From Gemmatimonadota bacterium (GTDB lineage: Bacteria; ARS69): a stretch of DNA of 64,000 nucleotides. Positions 17,922 through 27,172 of the stretch are shown here, piece by piece. The first letter of the stretch is position 1; each line of letters begins with the position of its first letter. The DNA is taken from assembly GCA_030747075.1 (NCBI GenBank), contig JASLLL010000001.1:78868-142867 (forward strand), written 5' to 3'. The position numbers were made by a program, and so were the translations under genes. Under the pieces are notes generated by a model, which worked only from the letters and a program-made list of their open reading frames with translations, was not told the origin of the DNA and did not search any database.

Positions 17922-20888
17922 ATGCTTGCCGCGTTTCTTCTCGCATTCGCCACGGGCGTCGCATTCCCGGCCTGGCAGGAAATGGCCGCCCGCGCCTGCG
18001 GCACATTCCCGCAGGTATCCTGGGGGCTTCTTGCGCTCGGCGGCGCCAGTCTTGCGGCCGGAATCCTGAGCGCAAGCCCGGCGCGGGGAAGGTTCGCACC
18101 GCCGCTGCTGCTCCTGATTCCCGCTGCGGCGGCTGCGGGAATCGGCCTGCTGACGGCGGCAACCGGATCGCTTCTCACACTCTTCGGCCTTCCCATGAAC
18201 GCGGCGCCGGCTGCCAGAGCGGTGGGAAGCATCCTTGCCGCGCTCCCCTTTCTGGGACTCCCCGCATTCCTGCTCGGAATGGCGAGTGGGCAAGCGGTCG
18301 CTGCCCGGTTGAGTGCGATCGTCCCTGCCGCGGCGGCCGGGGTTCTCGCGGCGATGGCCGCGGAGTGGGCCTTTGCTCCCGGACTGGCCCAGCGCGGAAT
18401 CCATGCCGCCGTGCTTCTGGTGGCGGCCGCGGCAGCGCTCCGGTGGGCACCCACCACAGATGCGGAAGGCCGCGCGCAGGCCGAAGACCGGGGCGACGGG
18501 CTGGCTCTCGCATCCGCCGCGTGCGTGCTCGCTGCGGGTGCGGTGGCACTGCACCTGCTTGCAGCCGGGAACCTCCGCCTCCTTCTGGCGGATTCCCTCG
18601 GCGGAGTACCGCTCATTCCCACGATGACCGCCCTCGGGTGGATGCTCGGCGGCGCTCTCGGCATCCTCTTCGCGCGGTGGCTCGGACGCGCCGGAATCCC
18701 GTGGGCCGGAGTCGCGCTGACTCTGGCGGCGGTCGCCACGCTCCGCGCAACCGGCAGTCTCCCGAAGGACATCTACCTGCTCCAGACCGTGATGGTCGAC
18801 CACCCCGGTCCGGACGCCCTCCTCCACTGGGCCACGCCGAGAGTCGCGCGGCTGGTCCTTCCGCAGGCGGTCCTTTCGGGGATGGCGTTTTCTCTCCTTC
18901 CGGGAAGCATCCCGAGACCGACCCGGACCCGGGCGGTCGGACTGCTGACGCTTGCGGGAACTCTGGGCGCACTGATTGCCCTGGCCGCCGTCGGGATGAC
19001 GCTTCCGCGCGCGGGCCTCGACACGGTTCTCCGGGGAGCCGCGTTCACAATCGCCCTCCTCGGCATACTGCTGACCCTTCTGTCCGCCTCCCCCCGAAGG
19101 CGCACTCTCCGCATCGGCGTCGGAGTGGTGGGTCTGCTCGCAGTCCTCTTCGCACATCAGGCCACGCCCGTGCCCAGGACCACGGAACTACTGGTGGAAC
19201 GGTCCATGCTCGTGACTCGCTCCTCCGGCACCGCGGCCCAGACGAGCTGGCTCACCCTTCATCACGACGAACTCTCCGGGTCAGTCTCCGTCGCCCGGCG
19301 CGGAGGCGTGCGGCGCATTCTGACCAACGGGCGCTTCGAAATGGCGACCGCATCCGCCCGCAAGAGCCATGCGATGCTCGCGCATGTCCCGCTGCTCCTC
19401 CACGCCAAGCCGGAGCGCGCGCTTCTGCTGGGGGCGGGCAACGGGATTGCCCTGGCCGCCATCATGACGCATCCGCTGGAAGAGGTGGCGTGCGTGGATG
19501 TCTCCCGCGCCCGCTTCCATGCGCTCGCCCAGCTCGGCGGAGAGACCGAGGCCGCACTGCGCGACCCACGCCTTTCCGTCATCCCCGGGGACCCCGCCGC
19601 AGTGCTCCGGCGCGCGGACCCGTTCGATGTCATTCTCTCGACCATGGCGGGACGGTGGTCTGCGCTCGCCGCGCGCACCTCGTCGGTGGAGTTCTACTCA
19701 CTCGCCCGTGACCGGCTTCGTCCGGACGGGCTCTTCTGCCAGTGGATTCCCGCACTCAGCCTGAGCCGGGACGGGCTGGAAGCGGTGCTCGCGACCGCCG
19801 CCGCCGTGTTCCCGCGCGTGGAGATCTGGGAGGCTTCGGAGGGAGATCTCCTTCTTCTGGCAAGCCGGACGCAATCTGCGGCACGAGATCTGCGCCCCCT
19901 TCTCGCGGGTTACGGGGAACCCGCGGTCGCCGCGAGCTGCCGTCGGTCCTGGATTGGCGATCCCGTGACGCTTCTCTCGCACTTCCTCGTGTCCGACGCG
20001 ACCGTACGGCGCATCTCCCAGACGGCACCGGGACGACACACGCTGGACTCCCGGACTCTCACTCGCGAAGAAACCGCACGGCGCCTCCACGGTCGGCTCG
20101 TGAATCCCGTGGCCGGGCTCGCAGCCATCAGGGACGATGCCCTGGCCACCTACGCGGGAAACCCCGGCGACGGATTCCCGGAGGCTCTGCGCATCGCAGT
20201 CCGGGCACGCGATCTGGAACATGAGGGGCGCGCCATCGAACGGGACGGGGAAGCGCTCGATGCCGTTGAGAAGTACGAGGCTGCGCAGGAAATGAACCCG
20301 AATGACCCGTCGCTTCGGCGCTCGCTCGCATCCGTTCACAATGACATCGGCATGGCCTACGCCGGGCGGAATGCCTTCACGGCCGCCCACCACAACTTCC
20401 GCACGGCCATGGAAACGGACACCACTTTCGCGCTGGCCTTTGCGAACATGGGGCACCTGCTGATTCAGAACAACAACATGGAGTATGCGCTCTCGGTCAC
20501 GCACGAAGCCACGAAGCTGGATCCGGAGAACGAGATCTACTGGGCACAGATGGGCCGCATCATGAAGCGCAACACTCGCTATGAAGAGGCGATTCCCTTC
20601 TTCGAAAAGGCATTGCAAAGGAACCCGGACTATGTCATCGCCATTCAGGAGTATGTGGACTGCACCCTGGCCGTGCAGGACATTCCCGATCTTCTGTGGG
20701 GAATCCGGACGCTCAAGAGGGCATTGGAGGTCGATCCGGGGAATCGGGAGATCCGGACGCGCATCACGCGATACGAAGACGCCCACAAGCGGCACTTCCG
20801 TTCCGACGAATCCGCTGTGCCGTCCGCCTCGCCCGACTCCGCGCGAGGTTCCGCCGCGCCGGACTCCGGTGCCCGGCGCGCGGGCTAG
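17922..20888 (+). CDS. Polytopic membrane protein fused to a spermidine-synthase-like (aminopropyltransferase-fold) domain and C-terminal TPR repeats
   Basis: N-terminal ~430 aa form a multi-TM region. The middle is spermidine-synthase-like (LLLGAGNGIALAAIMTHPLEEVACVDVS...DVILSTMAGRW...GLFCQWIP). The C-terminal part is TPR (MNPNDPSLRRSLASVHNDIGMAYAGRNAFTAAHHNFRTAMETD...). Confidence 0.7.
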   Translation: MLAAFLLAFATGVAFPAWQEMAARACGTFPQVSWGLLALGGASLAAGILSASPARGRFAPPLLLLIPAAAAAGIGLLTAATGSLLTLFGLPMNAAPAARAVGSILAALPFLGLPAFLLGMASGQAVAARLSAIVPAAAAGVLAAMAAEWAFAPGLAQRGIHAAVLLVAAAAALRWAPTTDAEGRAQAEDRGDGLALASAACVLAAGAVALHLLAAGNLRLLLADSLGGVPLIPTMTALGWMLGGALGILFARWLGRAGIPWAGVALTLAAVATLRATGSLPKDIYLLQTVMVDHPGPDALLHWATPRVARLVLPQAVLSGMAFSLLPGSIPRPTRTRAVGLLTLAGTLGALIALAAVGMTLPRAGLDTVLRGAAFTIALLGILLTLLSASPRRRTLRIGVGVVGLLAVLFAHQATPVPRTTELLVERSMLVTRSSGTAAQTSWLTLHHDELSGSVSVARRGGVRRILTNGRFEMATASARKSHAMLAHVPLLLHAKPERALLLGAGNGIALAAIMTHPLEEVACVDVSRARFHALAQLGGETEAALRDPRLSVIPGDPAAVLRRADPFDVILSTMAGRWSALAARTSSVEFYSLARDRLRPDGLFCQWIPALSLSRDGLEAVLATAAAVFPRVEIWEASEGDLLLLASRTQSAARDLRPLLAGYGEPAVAASCRRSWIGDPVTLLSHFLVSDATVRRISQTAPGRHTLDSRTLTREETARRLHGRLVNPVAGLAAIRDDALATYAGNPGDGFPEALRIAVRARDLEHEGRAIERDGEALDAVEKYEAAQEMNPNDPSLRRSLASVHNDIGMAYAGRNAFTAAHHNFRTAMETDTTFALAFANMGHLLIQNNNMEYALSVTHEATKLDPENEIYWAQMGRIMKRNTRYEEAIPFFEKALQRNPDYVIAIQEYVDCTLAVQDIPDLLWGIRTLKRALEVDPGNREIRTRITRYEDAHKRHFRSDESAVPSASPDSARGSAAPDSGARRAG

Positions 20889-22006
20889 CCAGCCAACCGC
20901 GCGACCGCGTCTCCTGCTTCTGTCGTGGTGGCGGATCCGCCCATATCGTAGGTGCGGACCTTTCCTTCGGCGATGACCCCGGCCACGGCACGCTTCACTC
21001 GCTCCGCCTTGTCGGTTTCGCCCAGCCAGTCCAGCATCATCTGGGCGGAGAGGAACATGGCCATCGGGTTCACTTTGTTCTGCCCGGCGTACTTGGGAGC
21101 GGAACCGTGCGTCGGTTCGAAGACGGCGCACGACTCTCCGATGTTCCCACTCGCCGCGAAACCCAACCCGCCCACCAACTGCGCGCAAAGGTCCGAGATG
21201 ATGTCGCCGAAGAGGTTGGAGCAGACGATGACTCCATAGGTCTCCGGGTTCTTCACCAGCCACATGGCCATGGCGTCGATGTTCGTCTCCCAGAGTTCCA
21301 CGCCGGGAAACTCCTTCGCCACCTCGCGGGCTTCCCGCACCATGAGCCCGGAGGTTTCCCGCAGCACATTGGGCTTCTCGACAACGGTGACGGACGGATA
21401 GCCCTTCTCCTTCGCGAAGGCGAATGCATCGCGGATGATCCGGCGTGCTCCCTCGCGAGTGATGATCCGGCACGCGATCGCCATGTCCCCGGAGGCCACG
21501 GAGTCGAACTTCTTCATCGCCGGGCTTTCGGCGGCAAGCGCTTCCCGGACACCGTCCGGAACGGGGTGGAACTCGACGCCCGCGTAGAGGCCCTCGGTGT
21601 TTTCCCGAAAGACGACCAGGTCGATGCCCTCGCGGTAGTTCAGCGGGTTCCCGGGGAACGCGAAGCACGGGCGGCGGTTGGTTCGCAGGCCGAACTCCTG
21701 GCGCAGTCGCACGATCGGGCTGCGGTAGACAAGCCCCTTGCCGCGAAGCTCCGGGTTCAACGCTTCTTCGGCCTCTTCCTTCGGTAGCGAGGTAATGGCG
21801 CCGAACAGTGCGGCATCCGTACGCCGCAGGAGGTCCAGGGTTCGATCCGGAAGCGGGTCCCCTTCCGATTTCCAGAACTCCCAGCCGATGTCTCCATGCT
21901 CGTACTCGGCATCAAAGCCCACGGCGTCCAGCACGGTCCGCGCCGCATCCATTACCTCGACCCCGATCCCGTCTCCGGGAAGCCATGCAATCCGGTGCTT
22001 CGCCAT
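20885..22006 (-). CDS. Isocitrate/isopropylmalate dehydrogenase family protein (NAD(P)-dependent beta-decarboxylating dehydrogenase)
   Basis: IAWLPGDGIGVEV N-terminal motif; central NLFGDIISDLCAQLVGGLGFAASGNIG; family-wide similarity. The exact substrate (isocitrate, 3-isopropylmalate, tartrate or homoisocitrate) cannot be decided from sequence alone. Confidence 0.85.
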   Translation of the reverse strand: MAKHRIAWLPGDGIGVEVMDAARTVLDAVGFDAEYEHGDIGWEFWKSEGDPLPDRTLDLLRRTDAALFGAITSLPKEEAEEALNPELRGKGLVYRSPIVRLRQEFGLRTNRRPCFAFPGNPLNYREGIDLVVFRENTEGLYAGVEFHPVPDGVREALAAESPAMKKFDSVASGDMAIACRIITREGARRIIRDAFAFAKEKGYPSVTVVEKPNVLRETSGLMVREAREVAKEFPGVELWETNIDAMAMWLVKNPETYGVIVCSNLFGDIISDLCAQLVGGLGFAASGNIGESCAVFEPTHGSAPKYAGQNKVNPMAMFLSAQMMLDWLGETDKAERVKRAVAGVIAEGKVRTYDMGGSATTTEAGDAVARLAG

Positions 22007-22067
22007 GACCCTTCTCCCTTGGTCAGCGGGAAGTCCCCTGCCGACGCTGCAGATTTCCGTCGTTCCA

Positions 22068-22106
22068 GGAAGATGAGGGGGGACCTGGCGCCCCCCCTCA
22101 TCTTCC
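22068..22106. terminator. Perfect 15-bp GC-rich hairpin between convergent/adjacent gene ends (putative bidirectional terminator, no U-tract)
   Basis: ggaagatgagggggg, then acctggcg(c), then cccccctcatcttcc: a perfect inverted repeat in the 113-nt gap between the dehydrogenase start and the upstream operon end. Confidence 0.35.
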
Positions 22107-22118
22107 GCTTGCCAACCG

Positions 22119-23543
22119 TCAGCGGGCGATCACCATCTTGCCGGTCTGCCCGAAGTCCGCTCCGTCCTCCAGGATTCCCTCAATCCGATAGAGGTAGACT
22201 CCCGGCGCGATCGCTTCTCCCCGATCTGTCTCCAGATTCCACGCCACCGTCGTGGGCGAAGTACTGCGCGGGTTTCCTGGACCGTGGGAGAAGGTGGCGA
22301 CGAGTTCCGCCGACACACTGAACACCTGGATATCACAGGTCGGAGGAAGGTTTGTGAAGACCACCTTTGCTTCCCCCTCTTCCCAGGGGGCCGACCCCAT
22401 GTAGGGGTTGGGCACCACGAAGGCCTCCATGCTCTGGACCCGTGAATCCCGCCCGGGGTAGAGAACTTCCGTGGCCGGGCTGATGCCCTCGTAGACCTCG
22501 TTCTGCTCATTCCCGAGAAACCCGAGGTCGAACACCGTCACACGGTACTTGTACGGGAAGTCCCGATGGATGTTCCGGTCCTCCAGATGGAACGACCGGA
22601 TTGCCGGGTCGTAGTCCAACGACAGCATGGAGGAGGAGTCCACATCCGCAAAGGTGTACCGGCTGGCGCAGGGTATGATCTCCCCGAGGAGCGTGAAGGA
22701 ATCCAGGTCCGGAAGATCTGAGCGCCAGATGTGGTAGCCCGCGAGCGCTTCCACATCGAAGTCCACCTTCCCGGTGGGCGGGAACAGGTAGTTTGCGGAC
22801 CAGATGGCCGTCTCTCCCGAAGAGACCGGACCCTCCTGGAGAGAAATCTCCATCCCGTCCATGATGGCGTAAGCGTCTCCGGCTGCCGTGATCGACAGTT
22901 CCAGCGTCTCTTCCGGAATAGTCGCCTCTTCCGGCAGTGGGCCGGTGACGAGAACCTGAAGCGTGTCCGCCAGCGAGGCCACCGTGTTGAGCGCCACGAT
23001 CTGGTAGTCCGCGTAAGGATAGCTGGTGGTGCAGAGGCCTCGAACGGTGACCAACCCCCCCCCCAGTCCGGTGGTTGGTTGATGCACATTGGATGAAAAG
23101 CGAACGCTCAGCCCCGTGCCATACTCGGAATTCAACGCATAGCCGGTCTCTGCATAGCGGGTGCTCAGTGTTTCGGCAGTTACGGGGAATCCGGTACCCG
23201 CCGTCTGATCGAAATACTCCACAAACACCTCGGTGACCAGGCCGATGCCACTGTCTTGCGGCTTTCGGGTAATGCGAACGCGAGAATCACAATCTCCTGC
23301 GTAGTCACCGTCAACGGTCACGGTAGAGCTGGAGTCGGGGTCCCAGCTCCCATAGTAGAAGTTGCCGTAGTCTCTTCCTGCGACTTGAGGCGCTTCCTCC
23401 CAGGTCAACACCACGGAGTTGGGGCGAGAGGAGGAGGCGCTTTCTATCGAGGGCAGAGCCAGGTTCTGCGCCGCGAGGTCAACCGGTGCGGACAGCGCAA
23501 ACACAAGGGCCGCGACGGAAGAGGTGTGGCGAGCATTCATCAT
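22119..23543 (-). CDS. Secreted protein with a Por/T9SS-type (FlgD-Ig-like) C-terminal domain
   Basis: Signal peptide MMNARHTSSVAALVFALSAPVDLAAQ. The C-terminal ~70 aa match the pattern of T9SS C-terminal sorting/FlgD-Ig-like domains (VFSVSAELVATFSHGPG...VAWNLETDRGEAIAPGVYLYRIEG...GKMVIAR). The stop overlaps the upstream gene's ATG (ATGA). Confidence 0.6.
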   Translation of the reverse strand: MMNARHTSSVAALVFALSAPVDLAAQNLALPSIESASSSRPNSVVLTWEEAPQVAGRDYGNFYYGSWDPDSSSTVTVDGDYAGDCDSRVRITRKPQDSGIGLVTEVFVEYFDQTAGTGFPVTAETLSTRYAETGYALNSEYGTGLSVRFSSNVHQPTTGLGGGLVTVRGLCTTSYPYADYQIVALNTVASLADTLQVLVTGPLPEEATIPEETLELSITAAGDAYAIMDGMEISLQEGPVSSGETAIWSANYLFPPTGKVDFDVEALAGYHIWRSDLPDLDSFTLLGEIIPCASRYTFADVDSSSMLSLDYDPAIRSFHLEDRNIHRDFPYKYRVTVFDLGFLGNEQNEVYEGISPATEVLYPGRDSRVQSMEAFVVPNPYMGSAPWEEGEAKVVFTNLPPTCDIQVFSVSAELVATFSHGPGNPRSTSPTTVAWNLETDRGEAIAPGVYLYRIEGILEDGADFGQTGKMVIAR

Positions 23544-25588
23544 GGGTGGGTCTCTCCAAAGTCGTCAAGAACCGCCACCAGGAAATCCCTGAACGCTCCG
23601 CGGTCCACGAAGTAGGGATGAAGCGCGAGAAACACAGCATTGCCGTTGAGTCCCGGACCCTTGAGCCAGCGGAGACCTACGGCGTCCTGCGTGTCATCCT
23701 TCGCGTAGATCGGCTCCAGCACACCGTCGGAAACATCCATTCGGAGAATCAATCCCTGGTCGAAGTAACTGAACGCCCGGACATTCGGACCATGCGTCCA
23801 GCTCAGTGGGTCGAAGTGGAGATCCGGGTAGGGGTTGACACCCTCGGTGATGAGCGACCGGGCCACCCGCATCCCGGACTCCTCGTCAATGTGTGCGGAT
23901 GTTTGTGAGGACTGAACCATCTCTATGCCCAGGCGCGTGTATGCGAAGTGCGGAACATAGGTGGTATCCGTGACCGTCGTGATGAACTGGACCGGATATT
24001 CCTGCGGCGCTGTCTCAAACCCCGTCTCCAGCTTCTCGAAGAAGATCATGGCCTGCGTCGGGGTGTGACCGCAAATGAAGAGGTTCCCCCCGCTGCCCAG
24101 ATAGGAACTCAGAACATTCGGAAGATCCAGGAAGTACCGACTGAGTACGGTCTGGTCATCACCGCTGAAGATGTCCCCTCCGTGGAACCAGAAGGTACTG
24201 GACGCATTGTTCATCAGACTCACCGAGGGAGGCTCTGATCCTTCCGTCTCCCAGACGCGGTAGTTGACTCCGGTGAACATGGACTCGATCCAGGCACGCT
24301 CCATGTCGGGGTAGAACCAGGGCCATGCGGCGTCTGCCTCGCCGGTCTGTAGCGGGACCGTGTCGAGAACAATCAGTACAAACCGTTCGGCGGAAGGAAC
24401 AAACCGTGGCCCGTCAAAGACTTCAAAGCGGGCCTCGAGCGTCGTGGTGGCCCCGCCCCGATCCACCGCGCGGACCCAGAAGCTGTGAACTCCCTCGTCC
24501 GGGTACCAGAAGACCTCGGGTTCCCCGGGAGCCGTCTCCGGAAACGATGTCCTCGTGATGGAATACGGCTCCCAGTCGAGGGAGTCCTCCACAGAGTAGG
24601 TGTATCCGGCAACCGGCAGCGTGTTGGGCCTCTGGGTCCCAAGCCAGCGGAACCGAACGCCCTCCGCCCCGAAAATCTCCCGCGAAGTCGTCTGGTTCCC
24701 GGAACGCCAGCTTCCTGCGGAGTTGGAAGTCAGCGAGAGGTTGGGGCCGGAAACAAACTCGGAGATGTTAAATATCCGCCCGTTGGCCGGCGAGGTCAGG
24801 ACCTTCTCCACGGCACCGGCATTGTCCACGGCGCGGACAGCGAATAGATACTGGCCCACCGGAACATCCGTGAAGGTCACGGTGTCGACTTCTGTCTCCT
24901 GCCAGACGAGGTTCTCTGTGTATCCCCCTGCCGGGTCCGGGAAGAAGGTGAGCGTGTCGACCCAGGCGAGAACTTGCCCCATGCTCGGGTTCTCCACGCC
25001 TCCATCCATGGCGTAGTAGCTGAAGAGGAGAAGTGCGTATCGGTAGTACTCCACAACTCCGTCGTCATCATTACCTTCCCACTGGAAGTCCAGTCTCTGC
25101 GGCCAGGAGGCGTTCTGACCCGGCCCATAGGATATCTCGGTGTAGGGAGCGACCGTCTTGGAGTTGAAGCTCCGCACTGCCGGGTAGGGATCTACTGTTC
25201 CCTCGTTGTCCACGGCCCTCACATAGAAGGTGTGATACTCCTCATAGACGGAGTCCTGGGGAGATCCCGTGCCCGGAAGCGGTTCCACACAGCAGACTTC
25301 CGCTGCGGACAGTGTGAAGAGACTGTCGTTTGTGTAGATGGGGCCTTCCCAGTTGTCAGGAGACTCCCAGGAAATCTCGTAGTGATCGACAAAGCCGTCC
25401 TGGTCCCATCCGAACCAGAAGAGTTCCACTGCGAAACCTGTGTCCAGCGCTTCGGGCGGACCGGCGGAGACTTGCGTGTTCGGTGCCTGGTTGGGAAGCA
25501 GCGATCCACCCTCTCCATCGCATCCGGCACCCACTGCCCCGATGAGAAGCAGCATCGTGAGCGACCGCAGTGAGTCAGGAAGTCTCAT
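23540..25588 (-). CDS. Lipoprotein with tandem fibronectin-III-like repeat modules
   Basis: Lipoprotein signal (LTMLLLIGAVGAGC). It carries the recurring FN3 F-G strand-like motif Y/FxVRAVDxxG (FYVRAVDNEGTVDPYP; FAVRAVDNAGAVEKV; FWVRAVDRGGATTT) about every 100-150 aa. Confidence 0.65.
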   Translation of the reverse strand: MRLPDSLRSLTMLLLIGAVGAGCDGEGGSLLPNQAPNTQVSAGPPEALDTGFAVELFWFGWDQDGFVDHYEISWESPDNWEGPIYTNDSLFTLSAAEVCCVEPLPGTGSPQDSVYEEYHTFYVRAVDNEGTVDPYPAVRSFNSKTVAPYTEISYGPGQNASWPQRLDFQWEGNDDDGVVEYYRYALLLFSYYAMDGGVENPSMGQVLAWVDTLTFFPDPAGGYTENLVWQETEVDTVTFTDVPVGQYLFAVRAVDNAGAVEKVLTSPANGRIFNISEFVSGPNLSLTSNSAGSWRSGNQTTSREIFGAEGVRFRWLGTQRPNTLPVAGYTYSVEDSLDWEPYSITRTSFPETAPGEPEVFWYPDEGVHSFWVRAVDRGGATTTLEARFEVFDGPRFVPSAERFVLIVLDTVPLQTGEADAAWPWFYPDMERAWIESMFTGVNYRVWETEGSEPPSVSLMNNASSTFWFHGGDIFSGDDQTVLSRYFLDLPNVLSSYLGSGGNLFICGHTPTQAMIFFEKLETGFETAPQEYPVQFITTVTDTTYVPHFAYTRLGIEMVQSSQTSAHIDEESGMRVARSLITEGVNPYPDLHFDPLSWTHGPNVRAFSYFDQGLILRMDVSDGVLEPIYAKDDTQDAVGLRWLKGPGLNGNAVFLALHPYFVDRGAFRDFLVAVLDDFGETHP

Positions 25589-27081
25589 CGCCGTTCTCCT
25601 TCCCGGATCTGCCCGGACACGGGAGAAGATTCCCGAATGAGTCCCGAGACCACCTGGAACTCAAGAGAATCCGGTTCCGAGGGTCGGCGCTCCAGACTTG
25701 GATCCAGTGTCTGGATGATCAGCAGGGCCGTGCCGAGATTCCCCGAGGTAAAGACATGTTCGATGAAAAGACTGTCCGGATCCATCAGAACCGCCTGCGA
25801 AAACGACGGGTCGAAGGAGAACCTCCAGCGATAGGTCAGGCTGTCGGGATCGCTGTCCAGATCGTCCCCCTCAAACAGGAACCACGCAGGCTGGCCGATC
25901 TCAATGCTCGATGTGGGAACCATGACCGCGTTTGTGTCTGCCGGATCCGTGTGCGTCGCCGCCGTGATGGTCACGCTTGGGCGGTAGTTGACATGCAGGG
26001 GGATCACATCGAGTGGCGTTTCCATCTGCCCGTAGATATCACGCCCGCTCACCGTGAAAGATCGGGGATCGGCGGAGGTCGACGGAATGGACGGAACCAG
26101 GGAGTCGCAGGTCTCTACGGTTGGGAGGCCTGTCCCCTGGAAGTTCCACACATAATCCACGACGGGCCCGTCCACATCGGTGGAAGACCAGCAGAAACTC
26201 ATCGTCCCGCCCATGGGGATGGTGTCCTGAATCCCGCCAAACCCATCTTCATAGTAGGTCTCCAGCGTATCGTTCAGCCAGGGGCGTGCCAGTCTGTAAA
26301 CAATGGACGAGCGATCGATGGTGGTCACTGGATCGAAGTTTGAGTGGACCAGGAAACGCGCCGGCGTATCTGAGACAGCACCCGCATCATCCACTGCATT
26401 GACCACCACGGTGTGCGTACCCGGTGTCAAATCTTCCCGGGCGAGTGTGGTGTCGAATCGGTCGTGCTCATGAACATCTTCGGCATTGACCTGGGATGTC
26501 CAGCTGACGACTTCCCCATCGGCATCGGTGCCCGTCCAGGAAATCTCCATGTCACTGAAGACCTCCATGGTGTCGCCATCGTTGAACACCCGCGGAACCC
26601 CGTTCACCTTGAAGGACTCCGGAAGGAAGATCACCTCCGGGGTGTCCGTCGTGAATGCGAGAAAGCGAACGGTATCCGGAGTGGCATCCTGCTTGTTGCC
26701 GTTATCCACAGACCGGATGAAGAAGGTGTGCGCACGGCTTCCGACATCGTCCACCTGAAACAGGAAGACGCTGTCGGTCAGGGCGGTCCAGTGCCACATC
26801 TCCGCCTCGGATGTGTCGTCCATGGCGAAGCGGAAACCATCTACGGTTCCGTCCGGATCCTCTCCACGCCAGTAGAGGTGGGCGCGGTAGTAATAACTGT
26901 CCGGGTTGTCCGGATCCGCCGACTCATCCGGCCCCTGTACAATGAAGGTCTCCGGCGGGAGGTTCCGGTCGATCAAGGCGATGTCCTCTCGCTCGCACCC
27001 GCCTACGACAATCCCTGCCAGGACGACGGCCAGCGCGGCAAGGCGCCACCAACCAGAATATTGTGCCCGCTGCAACTTCAT
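25585..27081 (-). CDS. Lipoprotein paralog with fibronectin-III-like repeat modules
   Basis: Lipoprotein signal (LAALAVVLAGIVVGGC). It carries the same repeat motif (FFIRSVDNGNKQDATP; VVVNAVDDAGAVSDTP) and is Asp-rich. Its stop overlaps the upstream gene's start. Confidence 0.65.
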   Translation of the reverse strand: MKLQRAQYSGWWRLAALAVVLAGIVVGGCEREDIALIDRNLPPETFIVQGPDESADPDNPDSYYYRAHLYWRGEDPDGTVDGFRFAMDDTSEAEMWHWTALTDSVFLFQVDDVGSRAHTFFIRSVDNGNKQDATPDTVRFLAFTTDTPEVIFLPESFKVNGVPRVFNDGDTMEVFSDMEISWTGTDADGEVVSWTSQVNAEDVHEHDRFDTTLAREDLTPGTHTVVVNAVDDAGAVSDTPARFLVHSNFDPVTTIDRSSIVYRLARPWLNDTLETYYEDGFGGIQDTIPMGGTMSFCWSSTDVDGPVVDYVWNFQGTGLPTVETCDSLVPSIPSTSADPRSFTVSGRDIYGQMETPLDVIPLHVNYRPSVTITAATHTDPADTNAVMVPTSSIEIGQPAWFLFEGDDLDSDPDSLTYRWRFSFDPSFSQAVLMDPDSLFIEHVFTSGNLGTALLIIQTLDPSLERRPSEPDSLEFQVVSGLIRESSPVSGQIREGERR

Positions 27082-27172
27082 GTTTTCTCACACCTTACGC
27101 CGCCCGATCCGGGCAGATTCCCAACTTGCCAAGGCACCCCGGGGTGCCCACAAGACCGCCGAAGGAAAAACC

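Noticed and set aside
17745-19157. 470-aa and other long minus-strand ORFs overlapping the spermidine-synthase-like gene
   Set aside because: Arg/Gly/Glu-rich shadow ORFs; the + strand product has coherent TM, Rossmann and TPR architecture.
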